64,000 nucleotides of DNA from positions 1 through 64,000 of IMG/VR virus record IMGVR_UViG_3300037264_001145; one strand, given 5' to 3'. Shown one piece after another: positions 8,762-17,814 of this stretch. How positions within the stretch are numbered: the stretch's first letter is position 1; every line of letters begins with the position of its first letter. Source of the DNA: a virus. A program made the translations under genes and the position numbers. The notes beneath the pieces are model-generated. The model saw only the letters and a list, made by a program, of their open reading frames with translations. It made no database searches and was not told where the DNA came from.

Positions 8762-9342
8762 AATTTGCCTTTTCGGGAGTCCCAAACGACCGTAAAACTT
8801 TTGTCGTTAAAAATATCGTCGGCAATCACTATTTTTTTTCCGAGTCGTTCCTTGGTGCGAATTAGTCTAGGATAACAACAATAGACTAGTTCTGTGCAAC
8901 TCAATCTGTTCTTGTCGCTGAAATCAAAAAGAAAATCGTATTCCATGTTTATCATGGACTTAGCCAATGCGATTGCTCTTTCTACATGATCTTCGCTGGG
9001 TCGAAGTATCACCAGCGTATCTGTTCTCATGAAATTAATAATGTCTTCTATTATTACGCCATTTGAAACCGCATGTATTACTCTTTCTCTGGTTCCACCG
9101 AAATAGAAACCGGCGTGAGTCCAGAAACCAGGAATCAGCCATTTGTCCACATATTGTTCAGACCTAGATAAAAGAATGTCTCCTGGTTTTATTATTTTTG
9201 CAACCTGTCTATAGTGCTCACCCTTTAATTTGTATCCAGGAGCATTTAAAATAAGCCAAAATGGATGTTTTAAACCAAAGAACTTGAGATCACCAAGAAA
9301 TGTTATAAATTTAGACCATATAAGATATAATCGCGTTTTCAA
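8758..9342 (-). CDS. Permuted papain-like NlpC/P60 protein (YiiX/YebB family)
   Basis: KPGDILL, WTHAGFY (His), YDFLF, LSCTELV (Cys) in permuted order; TTG start. Confidence 0.8.
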   Translation of the reverse strand: MKTRLYLIWSKFITFLGDLKFFGLKHPFWLILNAPGYKLKGEHYRQVAKIIKPGDILLSRSEQYVDKWLIPGFWTHAGFYFGGTRERVIHAVSNGVIIEDIINFMRTDTLVILRPSEDHVERAIALAKSMINMEYDFLFDFSDKNRLSCTELVYCCYPRLIRTKERLGKKIVIADDIFNDKSFTVVWDSRKGKF

Positions 9343-9356
9343 TCATCATCAACTCC

Positions 9357-9677
9357 TTATTGACGTTTATACACCTTTTTCTTAATTTTTTCAATGATCA
9401 TATAATTATATGCAGAATAAAGTTCGTTTAAATCTTCGTCACACATCTCGTCTGGTAGTTCGTACTCGTCTTTAGACCAATCTAACGACGGTTCAAACTC
9501 TATAATTTTAGCTTTTATTAGATCAATTTCTCCCATTGGATTAAAAAGATTAAAATCAAATGGGGGTATCGTGTTTTTATTGGTCTTAGAGCATTCAAGA
9601 AATACTCTTTGAATAGAAGAGAATGGAACCAATTGTTTCCATCTATACAAGAGAAATTTTATTGTGTCTTTTTGCAC
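9357..9677 (-). CDS. Hypothetical protein
   Basis: 106 aa, GTG start, minus-strand gene run. Confidence 0.55.
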   Translation of the reverse strand: MQKDTIKFLLYRWKQLVPFSSIQRVFLECSKTNKNTIPPFDFNLFNPMGEIDLIKAKIIEFEPSLDWSKDEYELPDEMCDEDLNELYSAYNYMIIEKIKKKVYKRQ

Positions 9678-9679
9678 GC

Positions 9680-9958
9680 TTATTTTTTCATCGCAGCTAC
9701 GACTTCGGAAGCACAGTCACAGGCTACCTCGATAATACTTTCCTGGAACCTGTTCATAATATCCAAGCTATATCTTCTTCTTAGATAAAATTGTTTATCG
9801 GCAACAATTTTGTCTGATACTATTTTAATGTGTAAAAAATATGCTTCGAATTTTGTTTCTATTACCCACGTTTTTGGTATAGAAACCCAGAAAAAATGTA
9901 GAAACGTCTGTACTATTGCGGGGTATTTTTTTTCTTTTTCCACATCGGTCTTATACAC
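9680..9958 (-). CDS. Hypothetical protein
   Basis: 92 aa, minus-strand gene run. Confidence 0.55.
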   Translation of the reverse strand: MYKTDVEKEKKYPAIVQTFLHFFWVSIPKTWVIETKFEAYFLHIKIVSDKIVADKQFYLRRRYSLDIMNRFQESIIEVACDCASEVVAAMKK

Positions 9959-9962
9959 ATTT

Positions 9963-10496
9963 TTAACGGCTATCGCCGTCCCCTTTTATTACGCCTCTTT
10001 CTTTTCTACTTTTGAGTTTTTCAGTATTCTTGTCCATAACTTCTTCTATCGACGACCCACATATCTTACAGATCAATTTTATGCACGCAACAAGGGAATT
10101 AGATGGTTCGGTCAGACAACTCAATAGAACCGTATTTTTGGAAACACAGAACATAGCTATGTCGCTGATAGCACAGTTCATAGCAACCAATATGTTTAAC
10201 GATGACGAGGCTTGTTCTATAAACAACTGTTTCTCTTCATACTCTCTTTCAAAATCTATTTTTCCTTCCGAATATATTTGAAACAAATACCACATTAAAT
10301 CACCAAGTTCCCCGACAAGACCATCTCTTCTTTCTGTAGTCATAACACCATTGCTGTCTCGCAGGACTTTCTTAAACTTCTCACATATTTCTCCGAACTC
10401 TCCCATTAAGCCCATAAGTGGATATTCAATAGATTTGCCTAAGTTCGGATAACTTGCAGTTGTTCTACTTGCAACTTGGTATTCTTTAAAATTCAT
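9963..10496 (-). CDS. mazG: MazG-like nucleotide pyrophosphohydrolase
   Basis: MNFKEYQ...GLMGEFGEICEKFKK...ELGDLMWY...NTEKLKSRKERGVIKGDGDSR. Confidence 0.85.
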   Translation of the reverse strand: MNFKEYQVASRTTASYPNLGKSIEYPLMGLMGEFGEICEKFKKVLRDSNGVMTTERRDGLVGELGDLMWYLFQIYSEGKIDFEREYEEKQLFIEQASSSLNILVAMNCAISDIAMFCVSKNTVLLSCLTEPSNSLVACIKLICKICGSSIEEVMDKNTEKLKSRKERGVIKGDGDSR

Positions 10497-10509
10497 TTAT
10501 TTCCTTTCA

Positions 10510-11127
10510 TTATTCTTTAACATAAAAGTTTATATCTTGTAGGAGTTCGTCCGCCAGCCCAACATCTATTGTTTCTTGTGGTGAATATATTTTGTCAATA
10601 GTACATAATTTTTCAATTTGTTTTATGGTAATTTTTGGATCTTTCTTTCCCATCTTATCTTGATATATTTCATACATCCTCTTTCTGTCTAATTTAGATT
10701 GTTCCGCTTGCGTCTCTACGTTCCTGGTATGGTCAGAAAGCTCTGTTGTTCCATCGTGAATCAGAAAAATACAACTAGGAGATATAACCCTTAAATCAGC
10801 GGCTTGTAGAATTACAGAACCAGCACTACAACAATATCCAACAGCAACTATTGTTATATGACACCTAGAAGACTTTATTATATCGTATATTGCGAGACTG
10901 TGATACCAATCTCCACCCATATTGTTCATTATTATAACCATTGGTTTTTCTGATACTGTATTGAGATATGTGATTCCTTTTATAGCCTTTTCTGTCATAG
11001 AGTAATCTACGCCGGATTCAGACCCGTCTAAATCTTCTCTCGTAGAACCCATGTAAATTATTCTTTTAGGGGAAAATATCCCATGGTCAAAGTAACGGTC
11101 TATGTCCTCGCGGGAATATCTACTCAT
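10510..11127 (-). CDS. clpP: ClpP-like protease proteolytic subunit
   Basis: RIIYM, INNMGG-type loop (MNNMGG), catalytic Ser in CSAGS, His in LIHDG, Asp in IDKIYSPQETIDVGLAD. Confidence 0.85.
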   Translation of the reverse strand: MSRYSREDIDRYFDHGIFSPKRIIYMGSTREDLDGSESGVDYSMTEKAIKGITYLNTVSEKPMVIIMNNMGGDWYHSLAIYDIIKSSRCHITIVAVGYCCSAGSVILQAADLRVISPSCIFLIHDGTTELSDHTRNVETQAEQSKLDRKRMYEIYQDKMGKKDPKITIKQIEKLCTIDKIYSPQETIDVGLADELLQDINFYVKE

Positions 11128-11360
11128 TATAAATTCTCATAATGAAAAACTTTCATTTTTTCTGAAATATCGCAATAGCGGCATTTTTTGTTTTTTTTAT
11201 TGTTTTGGCAAAACGGACAAAGAGATTTTATTGGACTTGAATGAACATATATGGTAAGAATTCTATACACGCATTTTTTGCAAATATGTACGCAGGACAA
11301 GAGGCTTACTCTTTTTGTTCCGTTGTTAATTTCATCACCACAGATAGAACAATCTAGCAT
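11127..11360 (-). CDS. Zn-finger protein (RING-like or ClpX-ZBD-like)
   Basis: C4-x2-C7...C23-x-H25-x-C27-x2-C30...C48PFC51, plus C60-x2-C63; TAATG overlap with clpP. Confidence 0.6.
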   Translation of the reverse strand: MLDCSICGDEINNGTKRVSLLSCVHICKKCVYRILTIYVHSSPIKSLCPFCQNNKKNKKCRYCDISEKMKVFHYENL

Positions 11361-11728
11361 TTTACTCTTTCTACATATTCAGATAACTTGTCTATAACTA
11401 GATTATAGTGGCTATTGTAAAGTTCCAAATAATCTTCTGTTATCCAATCAAAATCGAGTACGGACGGTTCACTTAGTATCAAAGACTGGAGTTCTGGCAT
11501 TAACTTGAGCAATTCTTGTTGAATTGAATGTTGAACTTTCGTTGTCGGATAATCAAAAATAACAAGTTTTCCTTCAAACTTCACTCTCTTTTTTAGTCCA
11601 CCCTTGGCGCGAGCAGCCTTTACCATAGAATTTTTGGCATTGATCCTTAGAACAGTTCTCCATTGTTCCAATAATTTTGCAACAAGTCCAAACAAACTTT
11701 TATCCATTAAAATCAGTCTCCGAATCAA
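11354..11728 (-). CDS. Hypothetical protein
   Basis: 124-aa ORF; start uncertain. Confidence 0.55.
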   Translation of the reverse strand: MIRRLILMDKSLFGLVAKLLEQWRTVLRINAKNSMVKAARAKGGLKKRVKFEGKLVIFDYPTTKVQHSIQQELLKLMPELQSLILSEPSVLDFDWITEDYLELYNSHYNLVIDKLSEYVERVKC

Positions 11729-11912
11729 ACTTGGTTTCCCATTCTTTCCATGCTAGAAAATTTTCTTCGCCCCTTTTCCCTATATGTCCTTCACATGCAT
11801 CTGCACCTATCATGGGGCCGCAAATTAATCTACCATGGGGACACAAAAATTTTTCCTGTTCTTTCAACTTTCTATTCCATCTTTTCCATCTTTTCCACAA
11901 TTTTTTTAACAT
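11700..11912 (-). CDS. Hypothetical protein
   Basis: AAGGA RBS; 70 aa. Confidence 0.5.
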   Translation of the reverse strand: MLKKLWKRWKRWNRKLKEQEKFLCPHGRLICGPMIGADACEGHIGKRGEENFLAWKEWETKFDSETDFNG

Positions 11913-11926
11913 GTTTTTATAATTCC

Positions 11927-12421
11927 TTATATATAATACTCTATAGGGTCTTTTAACATATGAATTCTTTGATGTTCTGGTTTGGACAATAATTGTAAAT
12001 TGTTTATATTATCATTTAATTGATTGTGATCTATATGATGAACTACGAATCCTTTTGGTATAGAACCATTAAATTTTTTCCATATAAAAATAGCCAATGC
12101 CTCCCACTTATTTTTGGTTATCTTTATGTAAGATCTGGGTTTATTTTCTCTTTTGGGATTTCTTATTCTAATTGTTCCTATCTGCAATTTTTTACCAGAT
12201 GAAATTCCTTTTTTAAATTCTGTTTGTGGGCTTGGTCTAAAATCTTTTACACCAGAATTCCATGGATTAGAATTTTTTGGAAATGGATTTGTGGGTTTTA
12301 ACCCTTTTCTAAATTTATTATTAATCATTCTTTGTTTACGCCACAAAGTAAGACATTTATATGAACAAAATTTATTTTTGCCGCTTGAAACATTACATTG
12401 TTCACAATAATTAATTTTCAA
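11927..12421 (-). CDS. HNH homing endonuclease
   Basis: IPKGFVVHHIDHNQLNDNINNLQLLSKPEHQRIH; N-terminal C-x2-C...FCSYKC. Confidence 0.85.
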   Translation of the reverse strand: MKINYCEQCNVSSGKNKFCSYKCLTLWRKQRMINNKFRKGLKPTNPFPKNSNPWNSGVKDFRPSPQTEFKKGISSGKKLQIGTIRIRNPKRENKPRSYIKITKNKWEALAIFIWKKFNGSIPKGFVVHHIDHNQLNDNINNLQLLSKPEHQRIHMLKDPIEYYI

Positions 12422-13124
12422 TTTGTAATTCTTCTTTAATTTTTTGAATATAAAAATCGCTTATGTCTATTCCTATACAATTCCTTGAATGTTTTTGACA
12501 CATCCTTGGAGTGACACCAGTTCCAACAAAGGGGTCTAACACCGTTTCTCCAGGTTGACTATGCCCAAGTATAATTCTTTCTATAAGAGCTTCGGGGTGT
12601 TGGGTTGGGTGCCATTTTCTTCTTTCCTTGAATGTCCCACACACCCTACTAAACTCCCACATATTATCTGGCAGTTTTCCTAATGGATTAGCCCTCTTGT
12701 CCTTATATTTAATTATACGATCTGACGGCACTCTTATTTTGTCGTCGTAAATAATGTCTTTGTTCAACCAATATATCGGACGCATAGACGGAGTATATCG
12801 TTTTTTATGTGCTTGACCGAAAGTATAGTGCCACTGTAATCTTTGTATCAGCGGTATGTTGTTGTGATAAACAATATCTTCCACATGTCTCGTCCATCTA
12901 CTTGCGAAACTGATAAAAACAGGACCATCGGTTATGTAACAGGCGGAACGCAACCAATCGGCCAATAAACCCACGTATTGCTCGTCAGGCAAGTCGTCAT
13001 CATAGTTCTCGTACTTTCTTTTTTCGTTATCGGGAGGGTCCATAATACATAGGGTTATTCTGTTTGGACCGAATTGTTGATAATCAAAAACTATTTTTTC
13101 AAACTGTCCTTTAATTAATGTTAT
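12411..13124 (-). CDS. DNA N6-A/N4-C methyltransferase (beta-class order), atypical DPPD motif
   Basis: DPPDN (motif IV variant), HPTQHPEALIERII, VLDPFVGTG (motif I); frame is open upstream of ATG 13043 to at least 13124 (ITLIKGQFEKIV...). Confidence 0.8.
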   Translation of the reverse strand: MTLIKGQFEKIVFDYQQFGPNRITLCIMDPPDNEKRKYENYDDDLPDEQYVGLLADWLRSACYITDGPVFISFASRWTRHVEDIVYHNNIPLIQRLQWHYTFGQAHKKRYTPSMRPIYWLNKDIIYDDKIRVPSDRIIKYKDKRANPLGKLPDNMWEFSRVCGTFKERRKWHPTQHPEALIERIILGHSQPGETVLDPFVGTGVTPRMCQKHSRNCIGIDISDFYIQKIKEELQIEN

Positions 13125-13504
13125 AATATAATTTTCCTTTTTTTAGACGGAGGTAGCTCTGGAGGTTGATCCCCATCTTTATTTTTTAATCTTTCTTGAA
13201 AATAATTGAAAACCTGTGGCGATGTTTTGGTGTGGGCTATACCATCTGAATCTAATGATGTTCTTTTATTACTTGCCCAACGCATATGATCCTCGAATTC
13301 TTGTGGTATAATTCCATTTTGTAACAAATATTCAAAGTTTTTCTTTGCTTTTTCAGCTATTGCTTTATTTTTATAATTGCCAACAACGTGTGATTTTTCA
13401 ATATAACAGCCATTATTTCCGCTTCTAGTCGTTGCTATTACAGAATAAGGCTGTATATACGGCAAAGTATTTTTAACTACTGTGATCTCAAAAAATGGAG
13501 TCAT
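13121..13504 (-). CDS. Hypothetical protein
   Basis: 127 aa; first gene of the minus block; TATAAT 7 nt upstream. Confidence 0.6.
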   Translation of the reverse strand: MTPFFEITVVKNTLPYIQPYSVIATTRSGNNGCYIEKSHVVGNYKNKAIAEKAKKNFEYLLQNGIIPQEFEDHMRWASNKRTSLDSDGIAHTKTSPQVFNYFQERLKNKDGDQPPELPPSKKRKIIL

Positions 13505-13595
13505 ACACTATATTATACAAGTTTTTTTGTTTTTTTTGTGACAAAATCTTAAAAATCACCTATTATATATTATGGGACTTGGTGTATAACTTTAT

Positions 13596-13814
13596 ATGAC
13601 GAAATTGAAATGTAATTTAATTGTCAAAGAAACGCAATCAGCTAGCGCCAAGGTCTTGGTCGATTTAACAGATAAAAAGAACGAAGACTTTAATGTAGAG
13701 GCAATTTTTGACGAGGCGCTAGGCAATGAAAGTATATCTGATCCCACCGTCCCTACTGGAACAAGCGAAGCCGATAATCCACAAGATAGCCAAGTCAAGA
13801 AAGAACAAACATAA
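13596..13814 (+). CDS. Small acidic hypothetical protein
   Basis: Directly follows a GGTGTATAAC motif. Confidence 0.4.
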   Translation: MTKLKCNLIVKETQSASAKVLVDLTDKKNEDFNVEAIFDEALGNESISDPTVPTGTSEADNPQDSQVKKEQT

Positions 13815-14283
13815 GTTCGCGTATTTTGATCCGTCAGACATGTACCAGGAAATATATCTACTTTGCCTTGATGCTCTTGGAAGATATGATTCTTCGTGTG
13901 GAAAATTAGAAAATTATTTAAATTCTCATGTTACCAATAGACTCAAAAATTTAAAAAGGGACAAATATTTTAGACCAGAAAAAAAGATCGAGGATCAACC
14001 TTTGGTTCAAACAAGAATAAATCTAGTTAACGCCATTTCAATAGATAATATTAGCGTATCAGACAAAACCAAATTCTTGTCTTCGTCTTCGGCAGAAGAT
14101 GATCCGTCACTTGTTATCGAAACAAAAGATTTAGAAAAATTTCTTATAGATCACATGCCGCTTCATTTGACACAACATTTTACAGATCTTTTGGCTGGAA
14201 AAAAAATAAACAAAAATATATTGGAAGAAATTAGATCTTGTGTGTCTTTAATCTTAAAAAGTATGGATGAGAAAAATGGCTAA
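13726..14283 (+). CDS. Sigma-70-like factor (region 2-like)
   Basis: DPSDMYQEIYLLCLDALGRYD...LENYLNSHVTNRLKNLKR resembles sigma region 2. Confidence 0.65.
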   Translation: MKVYLIPPSLLEQAKPIIHKIAKSRKNKHKFAYFDPSDMYQEIYLLCLDALGRYDSSCGKLENYLNSHVTNRLKNLKRDKYFRPEKKIEDQPLVQTRINLVNAISIDNISVSDKTKFLSSSSAEDDPSLVIETKDLEKFLIDHMPLHLTQHFTDLLAGKKINKNILEEIRSCVSLILKSMDEKNG

Positions 14284-15172
14284 TGTTTTTGAAAAACTGT
14301 CAAGTAATGTGCCGGCAACAGAGTTGCTGTCTAAGCTTTGTAAAGAAGGAATGTCAGATAAAGGGATACGAGACGAACTATTCCATCGTTTTGGTTACAA
14401 GTGGAGTATGGAAACGATAAGAAGAACTAGGATTAAGTTGAATATAAATAAAGAACCGGAAGTGTCTCCAAAGGAAATGTTTAATACTTCTTCTTTCCCA
14501 CCGCCAGGTTTAAGCACTAACGAAAAAGCACAATGGTTTAGGGGGAGTTTTAAGACTAATCATTTGTATGTTATTTTACAAAGCCAATTCACTCAAGAAG
14601 AAATTTCTGTTTACATGGAAGAATATGGCAATTTATGTTGTCAGTTCGAGGATATAGTTACTAGCGAATTTTTTCAAATAGATGATTTTTTAAAGCATAG
14701 AATTCTTATTAACAGACAATTGATTTTGATGAAATCTTTTCAGGAAGAAATAATTAAATTAACAGAATGGTCAACAAATAATCCAATACAGGAAGAAGAG
14801 AGCAAGGATATCAAACAGTTCAGAATTCAACAATATAGATTATTAGATCAAAAAAGATCTGATTTTTCAAAGACAAGCGAGAGATATGATAAGCTAGTGG
14901 CAGAACGCCAAAAGATATACCAAAATTTAGCAGCTACCAGAAAAGATAGGATTGATGAATTAAAAGGGGGCAAGGAAAGTTTCTTTAGTCTTGTGTCTAT
15001 GTTACAAAGTTCCGAGGCTGAAAGGGAAAAGCAGGGTAGGTATGCGGCTCTTACTAAGATTGCGTCAGAAGACATTAAAAGTCACTGGAGAGAGCCTCAA
15101 GAATTTCCAGACGGAACAATTGAACCGTTAATTATTGATGGAGAAACATTCAGCGAAGAAGAGGGTGAATAA
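14267..15172 (+). CDS. Hypothetical protein, possibly terminase small subunit
   Basis: N-terminal HTH-like segment plus coiled coil; lies upstream of the large terminase. Confidence 0.4.
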   Translation: MRKMANVFEKLSSNVPATELLSKLCKEGMSDKGIRDELFHRFGYKWSMETIRRTRIKLNINKEPEVSPKEMFNTSSFPPPGLSTNEKAQWFRGSFKTNHLYVILQSQFTQEEISVYMEEYGNLCCQFEDIVTSEFFQIDDFLKHRILINRQLILMKSFQEEIIKLTEWSTNNPIQEEESKDIKQFRIQQYRLLDQKRSDFSKTSERYDKLVAERQKIYQNLAATRKDRIDELKGGKESFFSLVSMLQSSEAEREKQGRYAALTKIASEDIKSHWREPQEFPDGTIEPLIIDGETFSEEEGE

Positions 15173-15672
15173 TGCCAAGAATGATTTTGCCTAGCTATAC
15201 GGTAATAAGAGACACCAGAGAGAAGGAAGGGTTTGGATGGGAGTTCAAACAACACAAGCCAGAAAGAAGACCTCCTCGATGTGATGGTATGATTGAACAA
15301 ACGTTGAAAACTGGCGATTATAGTTTGGTTGGATATGAAGATTTGTTGGTCATAGAACGCAAAGACAATTATAGCGAGTTATGGGTAAATTACGGAAAAC
15401 GAGATTTGTTCGAAGAAGAAATGGAGCGCATGAGGAACATTAAATACAAATACGTTCTAATAGAAACACAACTTACGACAGACATTTTTAATTTATCTCC
15501 TCCACAGTTTACCAGGGGAGTTCCGGGGAAAGCTCTTGTTAATTGGTTGTCGGACTTGTCTGTTAAATATGGCGTTCCCATAATCCCGGTTGGCAGTTGC
15601 GGCAAACAGTACGCGCAAAGTATTTTTGAATCAGTTATAAGAACGGAAAAGGATAGATGGGCGACAGCATAA
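15172..15672 (+). CDS. ERCC4-domain nuclease
   Basis: IRDTRE...LKTGDY...IERKD...FEEEMERM. Confidence 0.85.
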   Translation: MPRMILPSYTVIRDTREKEGFGWEFKQHKPERRPPRCDGMIEQTLKTGDYSLVGYEDLLVIERKDNYSELWVNYGKRDLFEEEMERMRNIKYKYVLIETQLTTDIFNLSPPQFTRGVPGKALVNWLSDLSVKYGVPIIPVGSCGKQYAQSIFESVIRTEKDRWATA

Positions 15673-17759
15673 TAACACCAGAGATACAGGATATTCTTAC
15701 GGGGCCGGGTGGAGAATATGCTTATCTTTTCCCTTATCGCAAAGAAACACCAGTTATAAAACAACATATTTTTACCGATCTAAAACAATCTAATAAACGA
15801 TTAGACGAGCTTGTTGTTCAAAATATGCTTGACATAGATAATATAGGGTGGACAGCCAAGTACATTTTAAACCTAGAACTTTTCCCATATCAGATTGCGA
15901 TTTTACAACTCTTATGGAAAACGCCGTTGCCGATTTTTTGTGCCTGTAGAGGCGGGGCAAAATCTTTTACCCTTGCCACATACGCCATATTAAGAGCGCT
16001 TCTTGATCAGGGATCGAAAGTTGTCATAGTTGGTGCTGGTTTACGTCAAGCAAAAATAGTCTTTAGCTATATCGAAAGTATATGGAGTAACGCTCCGGTT
16101 TTAAGAAGCATAGTGGGCGGCGGTAGAAATGACGGCCCTCGCCAGAATGTTGATTTATGTTATTTTAGAGTTGGTCAATCAAGGATAACTGCACTCCCAT
16201 TGGGCACAGGAGAAAAAATTCGTGGATTCAGAGCAACGACGATTATAGCCGACGAGTTCTCTAGTATCCCCGAAGATATTTTTAATGTTGTTGTACAAGG
16301 ATTTGCGTCAACAACGAAGACCCCAGTAGACGAAGCAAAAAGTTTGGCAATAGAAAAAAGGTTGAGAGAATTAAACGTAGACGAAAATGTGAGGAAGCAG
16401 ATTATTACCCCGCAGGGGAGTGGGAACCAAATTATACGTGCTGGAACTGCATATTATCAATTTAATCACTTCGCTCAAACATTTGAAAAATGGAGACAGA
16501 TTATAGAGAGCAGGGGAGATCCAGTTAAAACATCGGAAATATTTGGTGGGCCTGGAAATGTTCCAAAAGATTTCAATCATAAAGATTATGCCATAGTAAG
16601 AATTCCTAGCTCGTATCTTCCAGAGGGTCTCTTAGATAGAAGAATGTTGTCTAACGCCAAAGCAACCTTACCCAAAAATATATATGATATGGAATACAAC
16701 GCTATTTTTATCAAAGATTCGGACGGTTATTTTGTTAGAAGTTTAATAGAATCTTGCACTACAACTCCATCCAAGTCTATACCAACACCGGACGGCGAAG
16801 TTATATTTACGCCAATGATGAGGGGGATAAGGGGAAGAAAGTATGTTATTGGTATAGACCCTGGTGCTGAAAGCGATAGGTTCGGAATCACCATTATAGA
16901 AGTTTGGCCAGGTCACTATAGAATAGTTTATTGTTGGGCGATCAACAAACCAGAATTTAATAAAAAGAAAAAGGGTGGTTTAATAGACGAGAAGGAAGAT
17001 TATTACGAATATTGTTGCGCTCGTATCAGAAGCCTGATAAAATTATTTGAACCAATTAGGATTGAGATGGACAGTCAGGGATGTGGATATCCAATCTCCG
17101 AAATGTTAAGATCTAAAAAGGGTTTGAACACAGAAAATGGAGATGTCCCCATTTATGAGATAGTTGATCCCGAAGATTTGAAACCAACGGATGGAGAAAC
17201 TGACGGTCCACACATATTACACCTGGTTCAACAGAGTAATGAATTTAACGCATACGCAAATGCCGCTCTGCATAAAAGTTTTGAAACGAGAAGACTTTTA
17301 TTTCCAGCTTTTGATGTTGTGGCTATGCAATCTGCGTTAATTGCAGAAAAAGCTTTAAATATCGGCATAGATACATACGAAGAATGTATTTACAACATAG
17401 AAGAACTGAAAAATGAAATTTGTACAATACAAAGAACAGAAACCGCAACTGGCAAAGATAAATTCGATACACCATCGACAGTTACTTCTGCTGTAATGGA
17501 GGGTAGACAAAAGAAAGGGAGATTAAGGAAAGACAGATATACCAGTCTTTTAATAGGCCATAAATTCATTTATTCTACGGATGTTGCTCCTGTATCTTCT
17601 ATTGATTATGCTGATACTGCTGGAAATTTTAAACTGATACAGAATCTTAATCCCAACGAAGGAATGTATCGTGGTCCAGGGTGCGGATTAATGGAACAAT
17701 CAAATAAAAGGTCTTATAATAATGCGTTGGGTGCAATTAAAAAGGGAAAGAAAGTTTAA
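15657..17759 (+). CDS. terL: Terminase large subunit
   Basis: Walker A CRGGAKS; GEKIRGFRA; Walker B IIADEF; RNase H-like IGIDPG; KDRYTS. Confidence 0.9.
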   Translation: MGDSIITPEIQDILTGPGGEYAYLFPYRKETPVIKQHIFTDLKQSNKRLDELVVQNMLDIDNIGWTAKYILNLELFPYQIAILQLLWKTPLPIFCACRGGAKSFTLATYAILRALLDQGSKVVIVGAGLRQAKIVFSYIESIWSNAPVLRSIVGGGRNDGPRQNVDLCYFRVGQSRITALPLGTGEKIRGFRATTIIADEFSSIPEDIFNVVVQGFASTTKTPVDEAKSLAIEKRLRELNVDENVRKQIITPQGSGNQIIRAGTAYYQFNHFAQTFEKWRQIIESRGDPVKTSEIFGGPGNVPKDFNHKDYAIVRIPSSYLPEGLLDRRMLSNAKATLPKNIYDMEYNAIFIKDSDGYFVRSLIESCTTTPSKSIPTPDGEVIFTPMMRGIRGRKYVIGIDPGAESDRFGITIIEVWPGHYRIVYCWAINKPEFNKKKKGGLIDEKEDYYEYCCARIRSLIKLFEPIRIEMDSQGCGYPISEMLRSKKGLNTENGDVPIYEIVDPEDLKPTDGETDGPHILHLVQQSNEFNAYANAALHKSFETRRLLFPAFDVVAMQSALIAEKALNIGIDTYEECIYNIEELKNEICTIQRTETATGKDKFDTPSTVTSAVMEGRQKKGRLRKDRYTSLLIGHKFIYSTDVAPVSSIDYADTAGNFKLIQNLNPNEGMYRGPGCGLMEQSNKRSYNNALGAIKKGKKV

Positions 17760-17814
17760 TTTGTGTATTAATAGTTGGATTGTAGTCTGACCGCAGTTGC
17801 ATTGAGGTAAATTT

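Noticed and set aside
15657-17759. Intein or intron in the 700-aa terminase
   Set aside because: No C/S...HN intein ends or LAGLIDADG motifs seen; the extra length is spread over insertions.
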